Below, piece after piece: positions 10,372 through 21,516 of a DNA stretch of 64,000 bases. Both the position numbers and the translations under genes were made by a program. Source of the stretch: an uncultured Nitrososphaerales archaeon (lineage in GTDB: Archaea; Thermoproteota; Nitrososphaeria; Nitrososphaerales; Nitrososphaeraceae). The notes under the pieces are model-generated. The model was not told the DNA's origin. It worked only from the letters and a program-made list of their open reading frames with translations, and made no database searches. Each line of letters opens with the position of its first letter. The first letter of the stretch is position 1. The stretch covers positions 224,001-288,000 of the forward strand of contig CAVQMO010000010.1 in NCBI GenBank assembly GCA_963713605.1. Reading direction: 5' to 3'.

Positions 10372-10636
10372 ATTAACCACTATTGTATAAACTATTGTAT
10401 GATTTTCTGTAATATAAAGAGACTGCTGCATCGACCACATCGGCAATATGGGTGTTATTTAGTACTCGCTATCTTCGCTTAGACTTGGCTAGTAATACCA
10501 AGGAGAGAAACCGAAGGTGCACTAGAATGCAATATGAGATAAAGCAAATGAGTTTACAGGAATATATTAAGATAATTGGATTGGCAGACAAACTTTGATG
10601 TATTTATTGATCGTTTACTACAAGCATCACAACAAT

Positions 10637-10671
10637 CTTTAAGTGTAATACTAAACAGAAAAGACTGGTGA
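10637..10671 (+). promoter_or_regulatory. Putative TATA box (CTTTAAGT) and GGTGA ribosome-binding motif of cdc48
   Basis: CTTTAAGT at 10637-10644; GGTGA at 10667-10671, 6 nt before the in-frame ATT. Confidence 0.5.
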
Positions 10672-10677
10672 CAAAAT

Positions 10678-13005
10678 ATTTCTACAAATAATAGTCGTGA
10701 TAGTTCAGACGGTCAGAATAATGCCTCTCAAAATAACACGGATTTTGGAGAAAGTGCCAAAAAAGATACTAAGGTTACCAGCTTAAAAGTTGCAGAAGCA
10801 GAACAACGCGATGTAGGAAGAAAAATTGCACGTGTGGATCCCAAAGTAGCCGAGAATCTAAATATTACGAGTGGGGACGCGCTGGAACTATCTTCACTTG
10901 GTAAGAAAACGACTGTCCTAAGCTGGCCTGCACGGAGTACCGATAGCGGCAAGGGCTTGATTCGTATTGATGGCTACACACGGAATAGGCTTGACGTTGG
11001 GATGAATGATCAAATTGAAGTTAGAAAAGTTCAATCTAGGGAAGCAAAGAGCATAACCTTTGCCCCCACTGAACCACTGAGAATTGTAGGAGCAGAGGAA
11101 TATCTTGCAGAGTATCTTAATGGACAATTAATGACGAAGGGCGATACAATACCTTTGAGCGTTATGGGTCAAAGAATTGACCTAGTAGTGATTGCTACAA
11201 ATCCATCCGGCCCAGTAATAGTTACTCCATCTACAAAGATTACGGTTTCTGAGGAGAGCGCTAAGGCAGTGCAAGTGTCAAAGGAAGGTGGCGCACCTTC
11301 TATAACGTATGAGGACATAGGAGGGTTGGGAAACGCCGTTGGCCGAGTGAGAGAGATGATTGAGCTTCCTCTAAGGCATCCAGAATTATTCAAGAGACTG
11401 GGAGTAGAAGCGCCCAAGGGCGTTCTCCTTCATGGTCCACCTGGAACTGGAAAGACCTTGTTGGCCAAGGCGGTCGCCAATGAAACAAATGCTAATTTCT
11501 ACACTATAGGCGGTCCAGAAATAATGAGTAAATATTATGGAGAGTCAGAAGAGAGATTACGAAATGTATTCCAGCAGGCTGAAAAGAATGCTCCTTCAAT
11601 TATATTCATAGATGAAATAGATTCGATTGCTCCAAAACGAGCAGAAGTGACAGGAGAAGTCGAGAGGAGAATCGTAGCTCAACTGCTTTCTCTCATGGAT
11701 GGTATGTCAGCAAGGGGAAAAGTAGTAGTTATAGGGGCAACAAACAGAGTTAATGCTGTCGACGAGGCTCTACGGCGTCCAGGCAGGTTTGATCGAGAAA
11801 TAGAAATCGGTGTACCAGATCGAAAGGGCAGGTTAGAAATATTACAGATACATACAAGAGGAATGCCTCTTGCAAAAGATGTAAACCTGGAAAAGCTGGC
11901 CGATGTTTCTCACGGCTATGTTGGAGCGGACCTGCATGCCTTGACAAGGGAAGCAGGACTTGCAGCATTAAGGCGAGTCCTTCCTGAAGTTGATTTATCT
12001 TCTGAAAGCATACCGGCGGAGACATTGAGGAAAATCATTGTTACTATGCAGGATTTCATGGATGTTGTCAGAGAAATGGAACCATCGGCGATGAGGGAAG
12101 TATTCGTAGAGGTCCCTGATGTGAAATGGGATGATATTGGTGGATTATCATCGATTAAACAGGAATTGCAAGAAGCCGTTGAATGGCCCCTCAAATATCA
12201 GGGCATATTTACCTATGCTGACGCCACACCACCAAAAGGAATCTTGCTTTACGGTCCCCCTGGAACAGGTAAAACGTTGATGGCAAAGGCAACAGCCAAT
12301 GAGAGTGAAGCTAATTTCATAAGCATTAAAGGCCCAGAGCTTATTTCAAAATGGGTCGGCGAGTCAGAGAAAGGAGTTCGCGAGGTGTTCCGAAAGGCCA
12401 GGCAAGCTGCTCCATGTGTTATTTTCTTTGATGAAATAGACGCCATCGCCCCCAGACGAGGCGGCGACATCGGGGACTCGCATGTAACTGAGAGATTAAT
12501 AAGCCAACTACTGACAGAATTAGATGGGCTTGAGGTGTTGACTAACGTCATTGTCATTGGTGCTACAAACCGTCCTGACATAATAGATGCTGCCTTACTA
12601 AGACCCGGTAGGTTTGATAGGTTGCTCTATGTCCCCTCACCAGATCGTGATTCACGAATCCAAATAATAAAGATTCATACAAATAAAAAACCTCTAGCAG
12701 ATGATGTCAATATTGAAAAGTTAGCAGATTTTACGGATAGATATACTGGGGCTGATATTTCGTCCTTGTCCTCTGCCGCAGTTATGCTTGCATTACGGGA
12801 ACACGTCTCAAAATATAAGGATCCAAAAGAAGCTGATGCTCATGTGAAGGAACTGAAAATACATATGAAGCATTTTGAGGAGGCAATCAAGAAGATTAGG
12901 CCATTGTCAACCCAAGAACTGAACATGTACAAGGGCATCTCTGAACAATTTGGAAAGCCCAATGTTGGAACACCAGCATCGCCAGAGAATATTGGAACTG
13001 GCTAG
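10678..13005 (+). CDS. cdc48: CDC48/VCP (VAT) family AAA+ ATPase
   Basis: N-domain [19 protein letters not shown]; two AAA modules ([19 protein letters not shown]); true start lies upstream of GTG 10834 and is probably ATT 10678. Confidence 0.95.
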   Translation: MSTNNSRDSSDGQNNASQNNTDFGESAKKDTKVTSLKVAEAEQRDVGRKIARVDPKVAENLNITSGDALELSSLGKKTTVLSWPARSTDSGKGLIRIDGYTRNRLDVGMNDQIEVRKVQSREAKSITFAPTEPLRIVGAEEYLAEYLNGQLMTKGDTIPLSVMGQRIDLVVIATNPSGPVIVTPSTKITVSEESAKAVQVSKEGGAPSITYEDIGGLGNAVGRVREMIELPLRHPELFKRLGVEAPKGVLLHGPPGTGKTLLAKAVANETNANFYTIGGPEIMSKYYGESEERLRNVFQQAEKNAPSIIFIDEIDSIAPKRAEVTGEVERRIVAQLLSLMDGMSARGKVVVIGATNRVNAVDEALRRPGRFDREIEIGVPDRKGRLEILQIHTRGMPLAKDVNLEKLADVSHGYVGADLHALTREAGLAALRRVLPEVDLSSESIPAETLRKIIVTMQDFMDVVREMEPSAMREVFVEVPDVKWDDIGGLSSIKQELQEAVEWPLKYQGIFTYADATPPKGILLYGPPGTGKTLMAKATANESEANFISIKGPELISKWVGESEKGVREVFRKARQAAPCVIFFDEIDAIAPRRGGDIGDSHVTERLISQLLTELDGLEVLTNVIVIGATNRPDIIDAALLRPGRFDRLLYVPSPDRDSRIQIIKIHTNKKPLADDVNIEKLADFTDRYTGADISSLSSAAVMLALREHVSKYKDPKEADAHVKELKIHMKHFEEAIKKIRPLSTQELNMYKGISEQFGKPNVGTPASPENIGTG

Positions 13006-13245
13006 CTTATGAGGTTAGGCTTAGAATAACCTTGATCCTTTAACGATGAGGTAGGTCATGGTTCCATCTCAAACCAGTGTTAACAGCTAGAAATTACTCT
13101 TGATACACATCTATTTTTAGTATTTAGTAACGATAACGGTGAAGTACGAGACTCATGATGTTTTCAGATACTATAACTTACTGATCGAAATGAATTTACT
13201 GTTATAACGCTGTAAAAATCATGAAGAAAGACCGAATTAAATGCT

Positions 13246-13306
13246 CATCGTCACCAACACATCGTCACCAGTACATCGTCACCAGTACGCATCGTCACCA
13301 GAACGC
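13246..13306. repeat. Four copies of CATCGTCACCA (periods 14, 14, 16)
   Basis: Cores at 13246, 13260, 13274 and 13290. Confidence 0.9.
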
Positions 13307-13450
13307 CTATAATAAAAATATCTCCCACTTTAGCTCATTATTTTAACAAATATTATCCAGCAATTTTGATCGTAGTACACTCGGATTAAAGGCGTCAGGG
13401 CCTTGGTTATTCGCAAAAAATGTATACCCTGTGTATATAATACTAATAAT

Positions 13451-14872
13451 ATGAGCGAAAATAGCAATCAAAGAAAATCGTTTCGCGTAGAGGTTGACAG
13501 TATGGGCCAGATTAATGTCCCCTCACATAAGTATTGGGGAGCTCAGACTCAACGCGCTTTACAACATTTTCCTGCTGGTAAAGATGTCATGCCGTATGAG
13601 GTTATCTATGGTTTGGCAATTATCAAAAAATGTGCCGCTATTGTAAATTCATTTTATGGAAAAATATCCAAAGAAAAAGCAGATTTTATCATTAACGCAG
13701 CTGATGAAGTGATCTCCGGAAAACTTGATGAGCACTTCCCACTTATGGTATGGCAATCTGGTTCAGGTACTCAATCGAATATGAATGTTAATGAGGTAAT
13801 TGCCAATCGTGCAATTGAAATGGCTGGAGGCATTCTTGGCTCTAAGTCTCCAGTTCACCCAAATGATGATGTAAACATGTCGCAGTCTACTAATGATGTG
13901 TTTACGTCAGCTATGCATATTGCCTCTGCGTTGAAGATTACTAAGAAGCTACTTCCAGCAATTCATAATTTACGGAGTGGGTTGAACGAAAAGTCCAAAA
14001 AATACGAAAAACTTGTGAAGGTTGGCCGCACACATTTGCAAGATGCTGTTCCCATAACACTTGGACAAGAGATATCTGGATGGGTTGCACAGATCGATTT
14101 TGGGTATAGGAAGATTGATGAATCATTGAAGGATTTATACGAGCTTGCCATAGGTGGCACTGCCGTTGGAACTGGTTTAAATTCTCCTGTGGGTTTTGCA
14201 GAAAAGATGGCGGTACAAATTGGTGATGAAACGGACCTTCCATTTATGTCAGCAAAGAATAAGTTTTCACAATTGGCTGCTCATGATGCACTGGTCGAAG
14301 CAAGCAGTGCTTTGAGATTATTTGCATGTTCGATGATGAAGATAGCCAATGATATACGCTGGTTATCCTCTGGGCCTCGATGTGGGCTTGGTGAGTTATA
14401 TATCCCTACTAACGAGCCAGGTTCATCTATGATGCCAGGCAAAGTCAATCCAACCCAGTGTGAGGCAATGATGATGGTATGCTGTCAACTAATTGGAAAT
14501 GACACAGTAATAGCCGTGGCTGACTCACAAGGCAACTTTGAACTTAACACCTTCAAGCCGGTCATAGTTTTTAATATATTAAATTCAATAGATGTACTAA
14601 CGGGTGCATGCGATACATTCTACAAATTCTGTGTGGTTGGCATCAGGCCCAATGTTAAGCGTATTGAAGAGATGGTCTCAAATTCCCTCATGCTAGTTAC
14701 TACTTTGACTCTAAAGATTGGTTATGATAAGGCCGCAGAGATCGCCCAAAAGGCATATTCTGAAGGAACCTCACTAAAGGAAGCTGCACTAAAACTCGGT
14801 TATCTTACTGCCGAAGAATATGATATCATAGTTAAGCCAGAATTAATGGTTCATCCCAATGAGATTCTATAA
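13451..14872 (+). CDS. fumC: Class II fumarate hydratase
   Basis: [51 protein letters not shown] 13451. Confidence 0.96.
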   Translation: MSENSNQRKSFRVEVDSMGQINVPSHKYWGAQTQRALQHFPAGKDVMPYEVIYGLAIIKKCAAIVNSFYGKISKEKADFIINAADEVISGKLDEHFPLMVWQSGSGTQSNMNVNEVIANRAIEMAGGILGSKSPVHPNDDVNMSQSTNDVFTSAMHIASALKITKKLLPAIHNLRSGLNEKSKKYEKLVKVGRTHLQDAVPITLGQEISGWVAQIDFGYRKIDESLKDLYELAIGGTAVGTGLNSPVGFAEKMAVQIGDETDLPFMSAKNKFSQLAAHDALVEASSALRLFACSMMKIANDIRWLSSGPRCGLGELYIPTNEPGSSMMPGKVNPTQCEAMMMVCCQLIGNDTVIAVADSQGNFELNTFKPVIVFNILNSIDVLTGACDTFYKFCVVGIRPNVKRIEEMVSNSLMLVTTLTLKIGYDKAAEIAQKAYSEGTSLKEAALKLGYLTAEEYDIIVKPELMVHPNEIL

Positions 14873-14988
14873 CTGCAACATAAGCATGAACGCCCGTACA
14901 ATATTTCTTTTTGCTTACTATAGTGGTACAGAAGATAAGGTCAATGGTTTTAGCCGACATTTATCAGAACACGAGTTGTTGTCCTGGT

Positions 14989-15083
14989 CTCTGTAGATTG
15001 CGGATGATTTGATATTTTTCAAATAACCTTACCCAAGACCTTATAATATTCACGTTCATATTCGAATGCCTTTATCTCTTCCC
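14989..15083. repeat. 95-bp direct repeat, copy 1 (3' end of the cyclase pseudogene)
   Basis: Matches 21282-21376 with 4 mismatches by eye. Confidence 0.92.
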
Positions 15084-15734
15084 CGACTTTAACCGTTACC
15101 GGCTCTATATCAAACTGATTCTGAATTCTTTCCCTTGTATGTAAAGATACGATTATCTGATTGGCTGTAGACCTATTTTGTAATCTGCGGGCTAGATTTA
15201 CACTACTTCCTATTGCTGTAAATTCTTCTCTTTCTTTAGTGGGTATACTCCCGACAATAGAATATCCTATGTTCATGACACACTTAAAGACCGATAGAGA
15301 GATTGTCGTCTTTACCTTTATTTCTCCATATGTCAAGCCATACTATTCTGATCCTCTCAATGGATTCTTTCAATTCTAATGCAGCATTAAGTGCATTAAT
15401 GGCATATCTACTCGCGTCATCGTCTACACCATGGAAACCAAAGAAAGCCATTATACCATCGCCGATAAATTTATCCAACACACCATCCATGATTGTAAAT
15501 GATTTCAGTTGCTTTTGTATAATATTCTTTCAAGAATTCAACAACTAAGACGGCATGTTCTTTAAGGTTCTCGCATAATACAGAAAATCCGCTGAGGTCC
15601 CAAAAAACAACGGTCAAAATTTTGTATGGATCTTTACTAGATCCGGATCTGCAATTTTTAATAGTGTATCTATCCCGAACGCACAGCATCACACACTGAA
15701 GTACTTTCTGAAAGTGAATACTGAGTCTAAGCAA
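15019..15734 (-). pseudogene. Class III adenylate/guanylate cyclase, split over three ORFs
   Basis: LTVVFWDLSGFS / GVLDKFIGDGIMAFFG / FTAIGSSVNLARRLQ lie in three consecutive ORFs. Confidence 0.88.
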
Positions 15735-16042
15735 TTAGAGAAAAGTTAGACCGGGAAAAAGCTCAAGTTCAAACATAATTCGATTGAAATGCGATAATGA
15801 GACATTCTATTTAATTGGTTCTTGATTTATGCAAAAGCAGAGGATCCATCAGTACCTGCTGAAGTTGTACTGACAGTGTGTATCAGTGTAGAAGAAATGC
15901 TATTGATTACTCATAAATATACGAGCATTACTCTGAATGCAATGTACAAATTTCCTCGTTGTTGCCAGGATCAGAATAACACAGCTACCATTCACAAGAT
16001 CAGCCCAAAATTCTAAACTAATATTAAGCGATCAGTATCACT

Positions 16043-17021
16043 TTATCTTAAATCTCTTAATGCTTTAATGAGATCTATTTTTGAAATGATTCCAATAGGT
16101 CGTTTTTTCGTCTTTTTTTCTTCCAATGGTGGCTCAATAACAGGAAGACCACTTAATCCTTGTCTTACCATTATCTTTGCCGCTTCTGCCAAATCTGTAT
16201 CCTCATAAATTACATGAGGATTAGGTGTGAATATATCTCGTATACGTATGAGTGCAGGCTCAAGAAACCTATCTTGGTTATTTCTCTTAGATGATGAAAA
16301 TATGATCTGAAGGTACTCGTAGACTGACCTCAGAGTTTTTGATCTTATTGCTAGAATTACCCTCGAAATATCTGTTTCTGTGAGGATTCCCAATAAGCCA
16401 TCACTATGATTGTTTGCTGCCAGTGACTACAAGTCGAGAAATATTTTTCTCTGCCATAAGTTCTGCCGCCCTTGACACTTTCTCATTAATTGAAATGGTG
16501 AAGACAGATTTTGACATGTAGTCTTTTACCGATGCTAAGTCCCTACAATTTTCAGAAAAAAATCTAGCAAAGTCGGTTGACGTTATTATCCCCGACAACT
16601 GTATTTTCTTATTTAATGGTAACTCTGATCGTTCCCCATAATCTTCTTCAACAACTATCAGTGAGCTTATAGTGCTACCATGGTCATGCAGTATTCCTGC
16701 ACAATCAACTATACTAACATTCTTTTTTGTCGTGGTCATGCTTTTCGTCATTGCTTCGTCAACTGGTATTTCATGAAGCTCTCTATCAGTTTGATCTGAG
16801 ATTAGAAATTTAATAATATCCTTTATCGTTACTATACCGACGGGATACCTTTTATTCCTATTATCAACAATAACAATTTTCTTAATTCTATACCTTGACA
16901 TCAGATTTTGTGCTATTAGTAAATTATCTTGAGGCACTGCTGTAATAACAGCCTTAGTCATTAAATCCTTGGCTTTGAAATCTTCGATATACTTCTTAAA
17001 TAACCTATTGAGCATATCCAT
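16043..17021 (-). pseudogene. Multi-CBS-domain protein with a single frameshift near 16414
   Basis: CBS repeats; removing one A in AGCAAACAAT joins SRLVVTGS to NNHSDGLLGILTETD. Confidence 0.85.
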
Positions 17022-17130
17022 AATGCAACGTACTTCTAACTATTATTAGAGTTTCATTGCACATGGCTTAACTCATTGGTTTCTATCTTGATGATCTGTT
17101 TTCTAAAAGTTTCAATGTTTCAAAAAAATT

Positions 17131-17787
17131 CTATTCTATCTTTACTTCTTTACCTTTAGGTTTTGCCTGTTCCTTTCTCTTGAAAGCTATTTCAAGTACC
17201 CCATTTTTATACGTGGATCTGACTGTTTCAGTATCCGCCTCAGGTGGTATATCAATGACACGATGATATTTCCTTTGTGGATCCTCACTCTTAACTTCAA
17301 CTGAATGATCGTAAGCATTTATCTTGATATTTTCTTTAGCCACACCTGGCATTTCTATTATTACCTTGATTTCTTTATCATTTGTAGTAACATCTGCTAA
17401 TGGTTCTCTTTCGCCTGAAATGATAGGTTTGGCTGATGAGGATGTCCCCCCTAATCGATAAGATGGTCTCAAATTACCAAACTCCCTTACCTTGGGTTTG
17501 CCGTCTGGACCTATCGTCATTGAATATCCATAAACAAGTGGACCCACTTCTCTCACCTTCGCTCCATCAGGAGTTTGATACTCTTTTATAAGATCCTTCG
17601 GTGCTGTCGACTCTATTTCCTTTAATTGGTCCTCAAAAGTTCTCTCCATTTCTCTTCGCATTTCATCAAATTGCCTTGGCATGTCACCGAACCATCCTCC
17701 TCTTCCCAAAGCGGGTAATCCCGTCCTCCCTGTTCCACCAAAGAAGTTCCTAAACCAGTCCTCAATATCTCTATCCCAGAAGCTCAA
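17131..17787 (-). CDS. hsp20: Archaeal small heat-shock protein Hsp20
   Basis: VGPLVYGYSMTIGPDGKPKVREFGN, EMPGV.KE.I, TYKNGVLEI; likely TTG start at 17787. Confidence 0.93.
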   Translation of the reverse strand: MSFWDRDIEDWFRNFFGGTGRTGLPALGRGGWFGDMPRQFDEMRREMERTFEDQLKEIESTAPKDLIKEYQTPDGAKVREVGPLVYGYSMTIGPDGKPKVREFGNLRPSYRLGGTSSSAKPIISGEREPLADVTTNDKEIKVIIEMPGVAKENIKINAYDHSVEVKSEDPQRKYHRVIDIPPEADTETVRSTYKNGVLEIAFKRKEQAKPKGKEVKIE

Positions 17788-18143
17788 TTCAAAATCCCTC
17801 TGAGTACATCTCGTTATCAAACTATTTAAGGATTCATTTGCTGTTTGGAAATTATGTTACTACTTCAAGATATGCAGCCATGTCCATGATGTCTCTATTT
17901 TGCCGAAAATGTATTCTGTTGTATAATAACACCTAGGTTAAATGGCCGTACCAGAAACATTTTGGATACTTTACAAGGTGCGATGGAAAACAAACCGTCT
18001 CCAAAGTTAGGATTCCATGGAATTAACAATATTTTTTTGATCCTTCTTCAATTTTACCTGTCATACTAGATGCAAAAGTATTTTGTCTTTTACATGTTGC
18101 ATTCAAAGGAATACAGATATCCTCTTGACATGATATCTAATGG

Positions 18144-19043
18144 TCAGTTGGAAAAACGTAATGTACTGTTATCAGACATTATTTTAGCTAATTTCTTCTT
18201 CTTTTTTAATGCTAAGTCAATTTGGCTATGCAAAGTATTCTTTTCTTCCATCAAGGATTCATGCACTAGCCAATTGTCTTCATTTTCATCAATAATTTCC
18301 CCTATTCTGTTCATTGCAATTCTTAGAATCAATATCGACTTGGCTAACGATCTTTCTATTCTTCTTATTTCCTCATATCTGTCATTGTGCTCATATTTCG
18401 TATTCAAGGTATCAAGCTCTGATTGCCTTTTTAATTTATTTACTAGAAACCGGGTATCTTTTGAGCTCAATTTTTTCTTCACGATCATTTTTGCAACTTT
18501 TGATTGTAGAGAATAGTTTTTGATTGGAAGTAACTCCTGTGCAGAACTGGCATTTAGCTCTTGACTGGTGATAAAAGCAAGAACATCCCGTGGTAACTCA
18601 AGAAGCATCATATGCTTAACAATATAACTATGGCTTCTTCCAATTTTCGATGCTAGTTCGGATATCCCTCCCCAGCCGATATCCAGTACATATTTTTTAA
18701 ACGCTCTTGCCTCTTCCAATGGCTCAAGGGAGGATCTCTGTATATTTTCTACAAGCGAAATTTCAAAGGCCTCTTTTTCAGTTACTTCAACTATAACGCA
18801 TCTTATTTTTTTCCATCCCAATGTCTTGCATGCAGTATACCTTCTACAGCCTGAGACAATCTCAAAATTCCCTCCTCTATTCATCCTGATCACAACTGGT
18901 TGTAACAGTCCTATCTTCCTTATTGAATCAACGAGCTCCGGAATAGTATGAAAATAGTCTTGTCTCAGCTGATTTACGAGCTGAATTTTACTAATATCTA
19001 TGTCTTCAATAAGAGACAATAGGTGTACGTCTGAACGAATCAA
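18144..19043 (-). CDS. ParB/Spo0J/Srx-fold protein with HTH
   Basis: ELVDSIRKIGLLQPVVIR, IVSGCRRYTAC, SLVENIQRSSL..LEEA, ELASKIGRS. Confidence 0.9.
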   Translation of the reverse strand: MIRSDVHLLSLIEDIDISKIQLVNQLRQDYFHTIPELVDSIRKIGLLQPVVIRMNRGGNFEIVSGCRRYTACKTLGWKKIRCVIVEVTEKEAFEISLVENIQRSSLEPLEEARAFKKYVLDIGWGGISELASKIGRSHSYIVKHMMLLELPRDVLAFITSQELNASSAQELLPIKNYSLQSKVAKMIVKKKLSSKDTRFLVNKLKRQSELDTLNTKYEHNDRYEEIRRIERSLAKSILILRIAMNRIGEIIDENEDNWLVHESLMEEKNTLHSQIDLALKKKKKLAKIMSDNSTLRFSN

Positions 19044-19289
19044 TAGCGCATTATTCTGTGTAGGACATGCGACTATTTATACATCGTGTATTTTTACCCA
19101 TATCACTTGAAGCCATAAGTTAATTACGTACAACAGAATGGTTTTCGTATCCTAAAATGAACACACCAATTTCCTTGATATGTTTAGCAAATCTATTTAC
19201 CACAAGAGACAAAACCTTCCCCCCAAAGATTTTACATGATGGGTATTTTGCTCGAAAATCGTCCAACATTCTCTTTTTTACTCACTCTA

Positions 19290-19311
19290 AAATGTTCGGC
19301 GTCGAACATTT
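19290..19311. terminator. Perfect 9-bp hairpin downstream of the DsbA-like gene
   Basis: AAATGTTCG-gcgt-CGAACATTT; function not established. Confidence 0.4.
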
Positions 19312-19364
19312 CAGTATTTTGCAATGACTAACTTAATGTGATTTTCTATTGAACAGTACGTTAG

Positions 19365-19916
19365 CTATTTTTGGAGACTCATTAAATAGGTGTGTAACAC
19401 CTTTAAAAGTGTCTCCAAATCCCAGGAATAATTGTAGCGTAGTCCATTAATGTAAAATGTTGGCGTACCATTTACCCCACTGCGCACGCCGGATAGAAAA
19501 TCTTCACGGATTCGAGGGGAGTGAACATGATTAGATAAATCATATACAAACTGATTCAAATCTAATCCAAGCATGGTTGCATACTGCACCAGATGCTCTA
19601 CTCCCAGTGCTTGCTGATGTTCAAATAGGCAATCATGCATATCCCAAAACTTGTTTTGTGCACCTGCAGATTCGGCTGCCTCAGCAGCGTTCTGAGCGTT
19701 GGGATGAATTTGAGTGAGTGGAAAATTCCGAAATACAAAACGCAAGTTATCACCCAGCCTTTCTTGAACCTGTTTGATTATGTAATATGCTTGACCGCAA
19801 AACGGACACTCATAATCGCCGTATTCCACCATAGTGATAGGAGCTGTATCTGGACCTTGAATGTGATCGCGACCTCTTCTAACAGGCAGGGTTAGGTTAA
19901 CTGTTTCTATCTCCAT
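19365..19916 (-). CDS. DsbA-family thioredoxin-fold oxidoreductase
   Basis: DHIQGP..A.ITMVEYGDYECPFCG, FRNFPL..IHP, GVNGTPTFYING. Confidence 0.93.
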   Translation of the reverse strand: MEIETVNLTLPVRRGRDHIQGPDTAPITMVEYGDYECPFCGQAYYIIKQVQERLGDNLRFVFRNFPLTQIHPNAQNAAEAAESAGAQNKFWDMHDCLFEHQQALGVEHLVQYATMLGLDLNQFVYDLSNHVHSPRIREDFLSGVRSGVNGTPTFYINGLRYNYSWDLETLLKVLHTYLMSLQK

Positions 19917-19935
19917 TTCCTTTTTCGTTCTCCTT

Positions 19936-20469
19936 TTATTGTTCTGTTTTTTTGGGAAGTGATTCTAAGGCCTTTAGAATTCCATCAGCGCCTGGGTTGA
20001 CTCCTATTGGTGAAACATAACTCCAACGTATGATACCATCGCTATCAATGACGAATAATGCTCGTTCAGTGACCCCATCTTGTTTGCGATATACACCATA
20101 ATTGCATGCGACATTGCCTTTTGGCTCAAAGTCGGAAAGCAACGGAAAATGTAGTTTTCTATCCTTAGAAAAGGCAAGATGACACCAAACTCCATCGACT
20201 GATATCCCAAGAAGCTCAGCATTATACTGTCTAAATTCAGGAAGAATCTCGTTGTACAATGCCATCTGATCGCTGCAAACAGGCGACCAATCTGCCGGAT
20301 AGAAAGCAAGGATGGTCGGCCGACCACGGAATTCGCGGAGAGTCACAGACTGATCTGGCGTAGTTCGGAGATCAAAATCAGGCGCAGGGTTGCCTGCTTT
20401 AAGAGGTGAACTAGAATACATACTGTAAACAGACTTATGTTCTAGTTGTTGGGATGATGGTTCTGTCAA
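19936..20469 (-). CDS. Peroxiredoxin (AhpE-like redoxin)
   Basis: FYPADWSPVC peroxidatic motif, GISVD, LLSDFEPKG, ERALFVID. Confidence 0.92.
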   Translation of the reverse strand: MTEPSSQQLEHKSVYSMYSSSPLKAGNPAPDFDLRTTPDQSVTLREFRGRPTILAFYPADWSPVCSDQMALYNEILPEFRQYNAELLGISVDGVWCHLAFSKDRKLHFPLLSDFEPKGNVACNYGVYRKQDGVTERALFVIDSDGIIRWSYVSPIGVNPGADGILKALESLPKKTEQ

Positions 20470-20770
20470 AATAGCAAATATGTACTTTTGATAATACTAT
20501 ATATGCATTTTATCATGCTCTCTGAATAAGGATTTAGCATCTTTTGAAGAGTTGTCAGGTTCGTTTGTACTAGGGTAGGGAGTTAGATTTGGGTGATGAA
20601 GCTTATGTGGATTCTAATGTCCCCCTCTGAAGTCCAGACATTATTAAAAGGTTCTCAATCACAATATAGATTAGATTTTATAGCTATGCATCATCAAATA
20701 TGTAATGGTAGAACCAAGCGGAATTCACATTTACATATAGCCACTATGAAAGAGGGATTGGTAAATGTAA

Positions 20771-21116
20771 TTAAATACCCGCTGTTTCAGCCCAAGCGGC
20801 GGCACTATATTTGGACTTGCAAATGTCTGCACTGATGGGTATACAATAAACGTCGACATTGCGACTAACTTTGTGCCACCATCTGGGAAGGTGTTTGAAG
20901 CCTGGCTCGTAGACGATGCTACCAAAGGCTCAAGTTACACACTGAGCATGGGTAAGATCTTGGCTTCTCGAACACTGGGATTTCATGAAATAATGACTAA
21001 TGCCAAGACTTACAGATATAGTAGTAACTCTAGAGCCTGCTAATGATCTCAGTCCGTTAGCAGCTTGGTCAGATTCAGTTACTCAAAACTGGTTATTGCC
21101 ACCGTTCGGCCAGTGA
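20771..21116 (+). pseudogene. Anti-sigma-factor (RskA C-terminal-like) domain remnant
   Basis: PPSGKVFEAWLVD...YTLSMG...[frameshift]DIVVTLEPAND; N-terminus and start missing. Confidence 0.6.
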
Positions 21117-21281
21117 CCCTTAAATATATTTTTTATATTTATTTTTTTCATACTAGATTTGTTAGTCGCGAATAATCAGAATTCTTTAAAGTGATGTTTT
21201 TAGGCAAAACTTCAGCGTTAACACTTTGTTTTCACGGAGTCTATTGATTTCAGGCATGTGTGACAAATTAGACATGTCCTG

Positions 21282-21376
21282 CTCTGTAGATTGCATATGA
21301 TTTGATATTTTTAAAATAACCTTACCCAAGACCTCATAATATTCACGTTCATATTCGAATGCCTTTATCTCTTCCC
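21282..21376. repeat. 95-bp direct repeat, copy 2 (orphan cyclase 3' end), followed by (CA)n
   Basis: Encodes EEIKAFEYEREYY.VLGKVI on the minus strand, like the end of ORF 15019-15336. Confidence 0.92.
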
Positions 21377-21516
21377 ACACACACACATGACAATGATATC
21401 AAGAAAATAAAAACTATTTATGTTTAGTATACACTGGTACTAAAATACATTATAATGTATTTGCACATATCTCTCAAACTGATTACTTAATAATTTAGCT
21501 TGTTCTCCTAATTCGG

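Noticed and set aside
13246..13306. Possible mini-CRISPR array
   Set aside because: Repeat of 11 bp and spacers of 3-5 bp are far too short; no cas genes in the window
18144..19043. Complete ParABS partition system
   Set aside because: No parA gene and no recognisable parS array nearby
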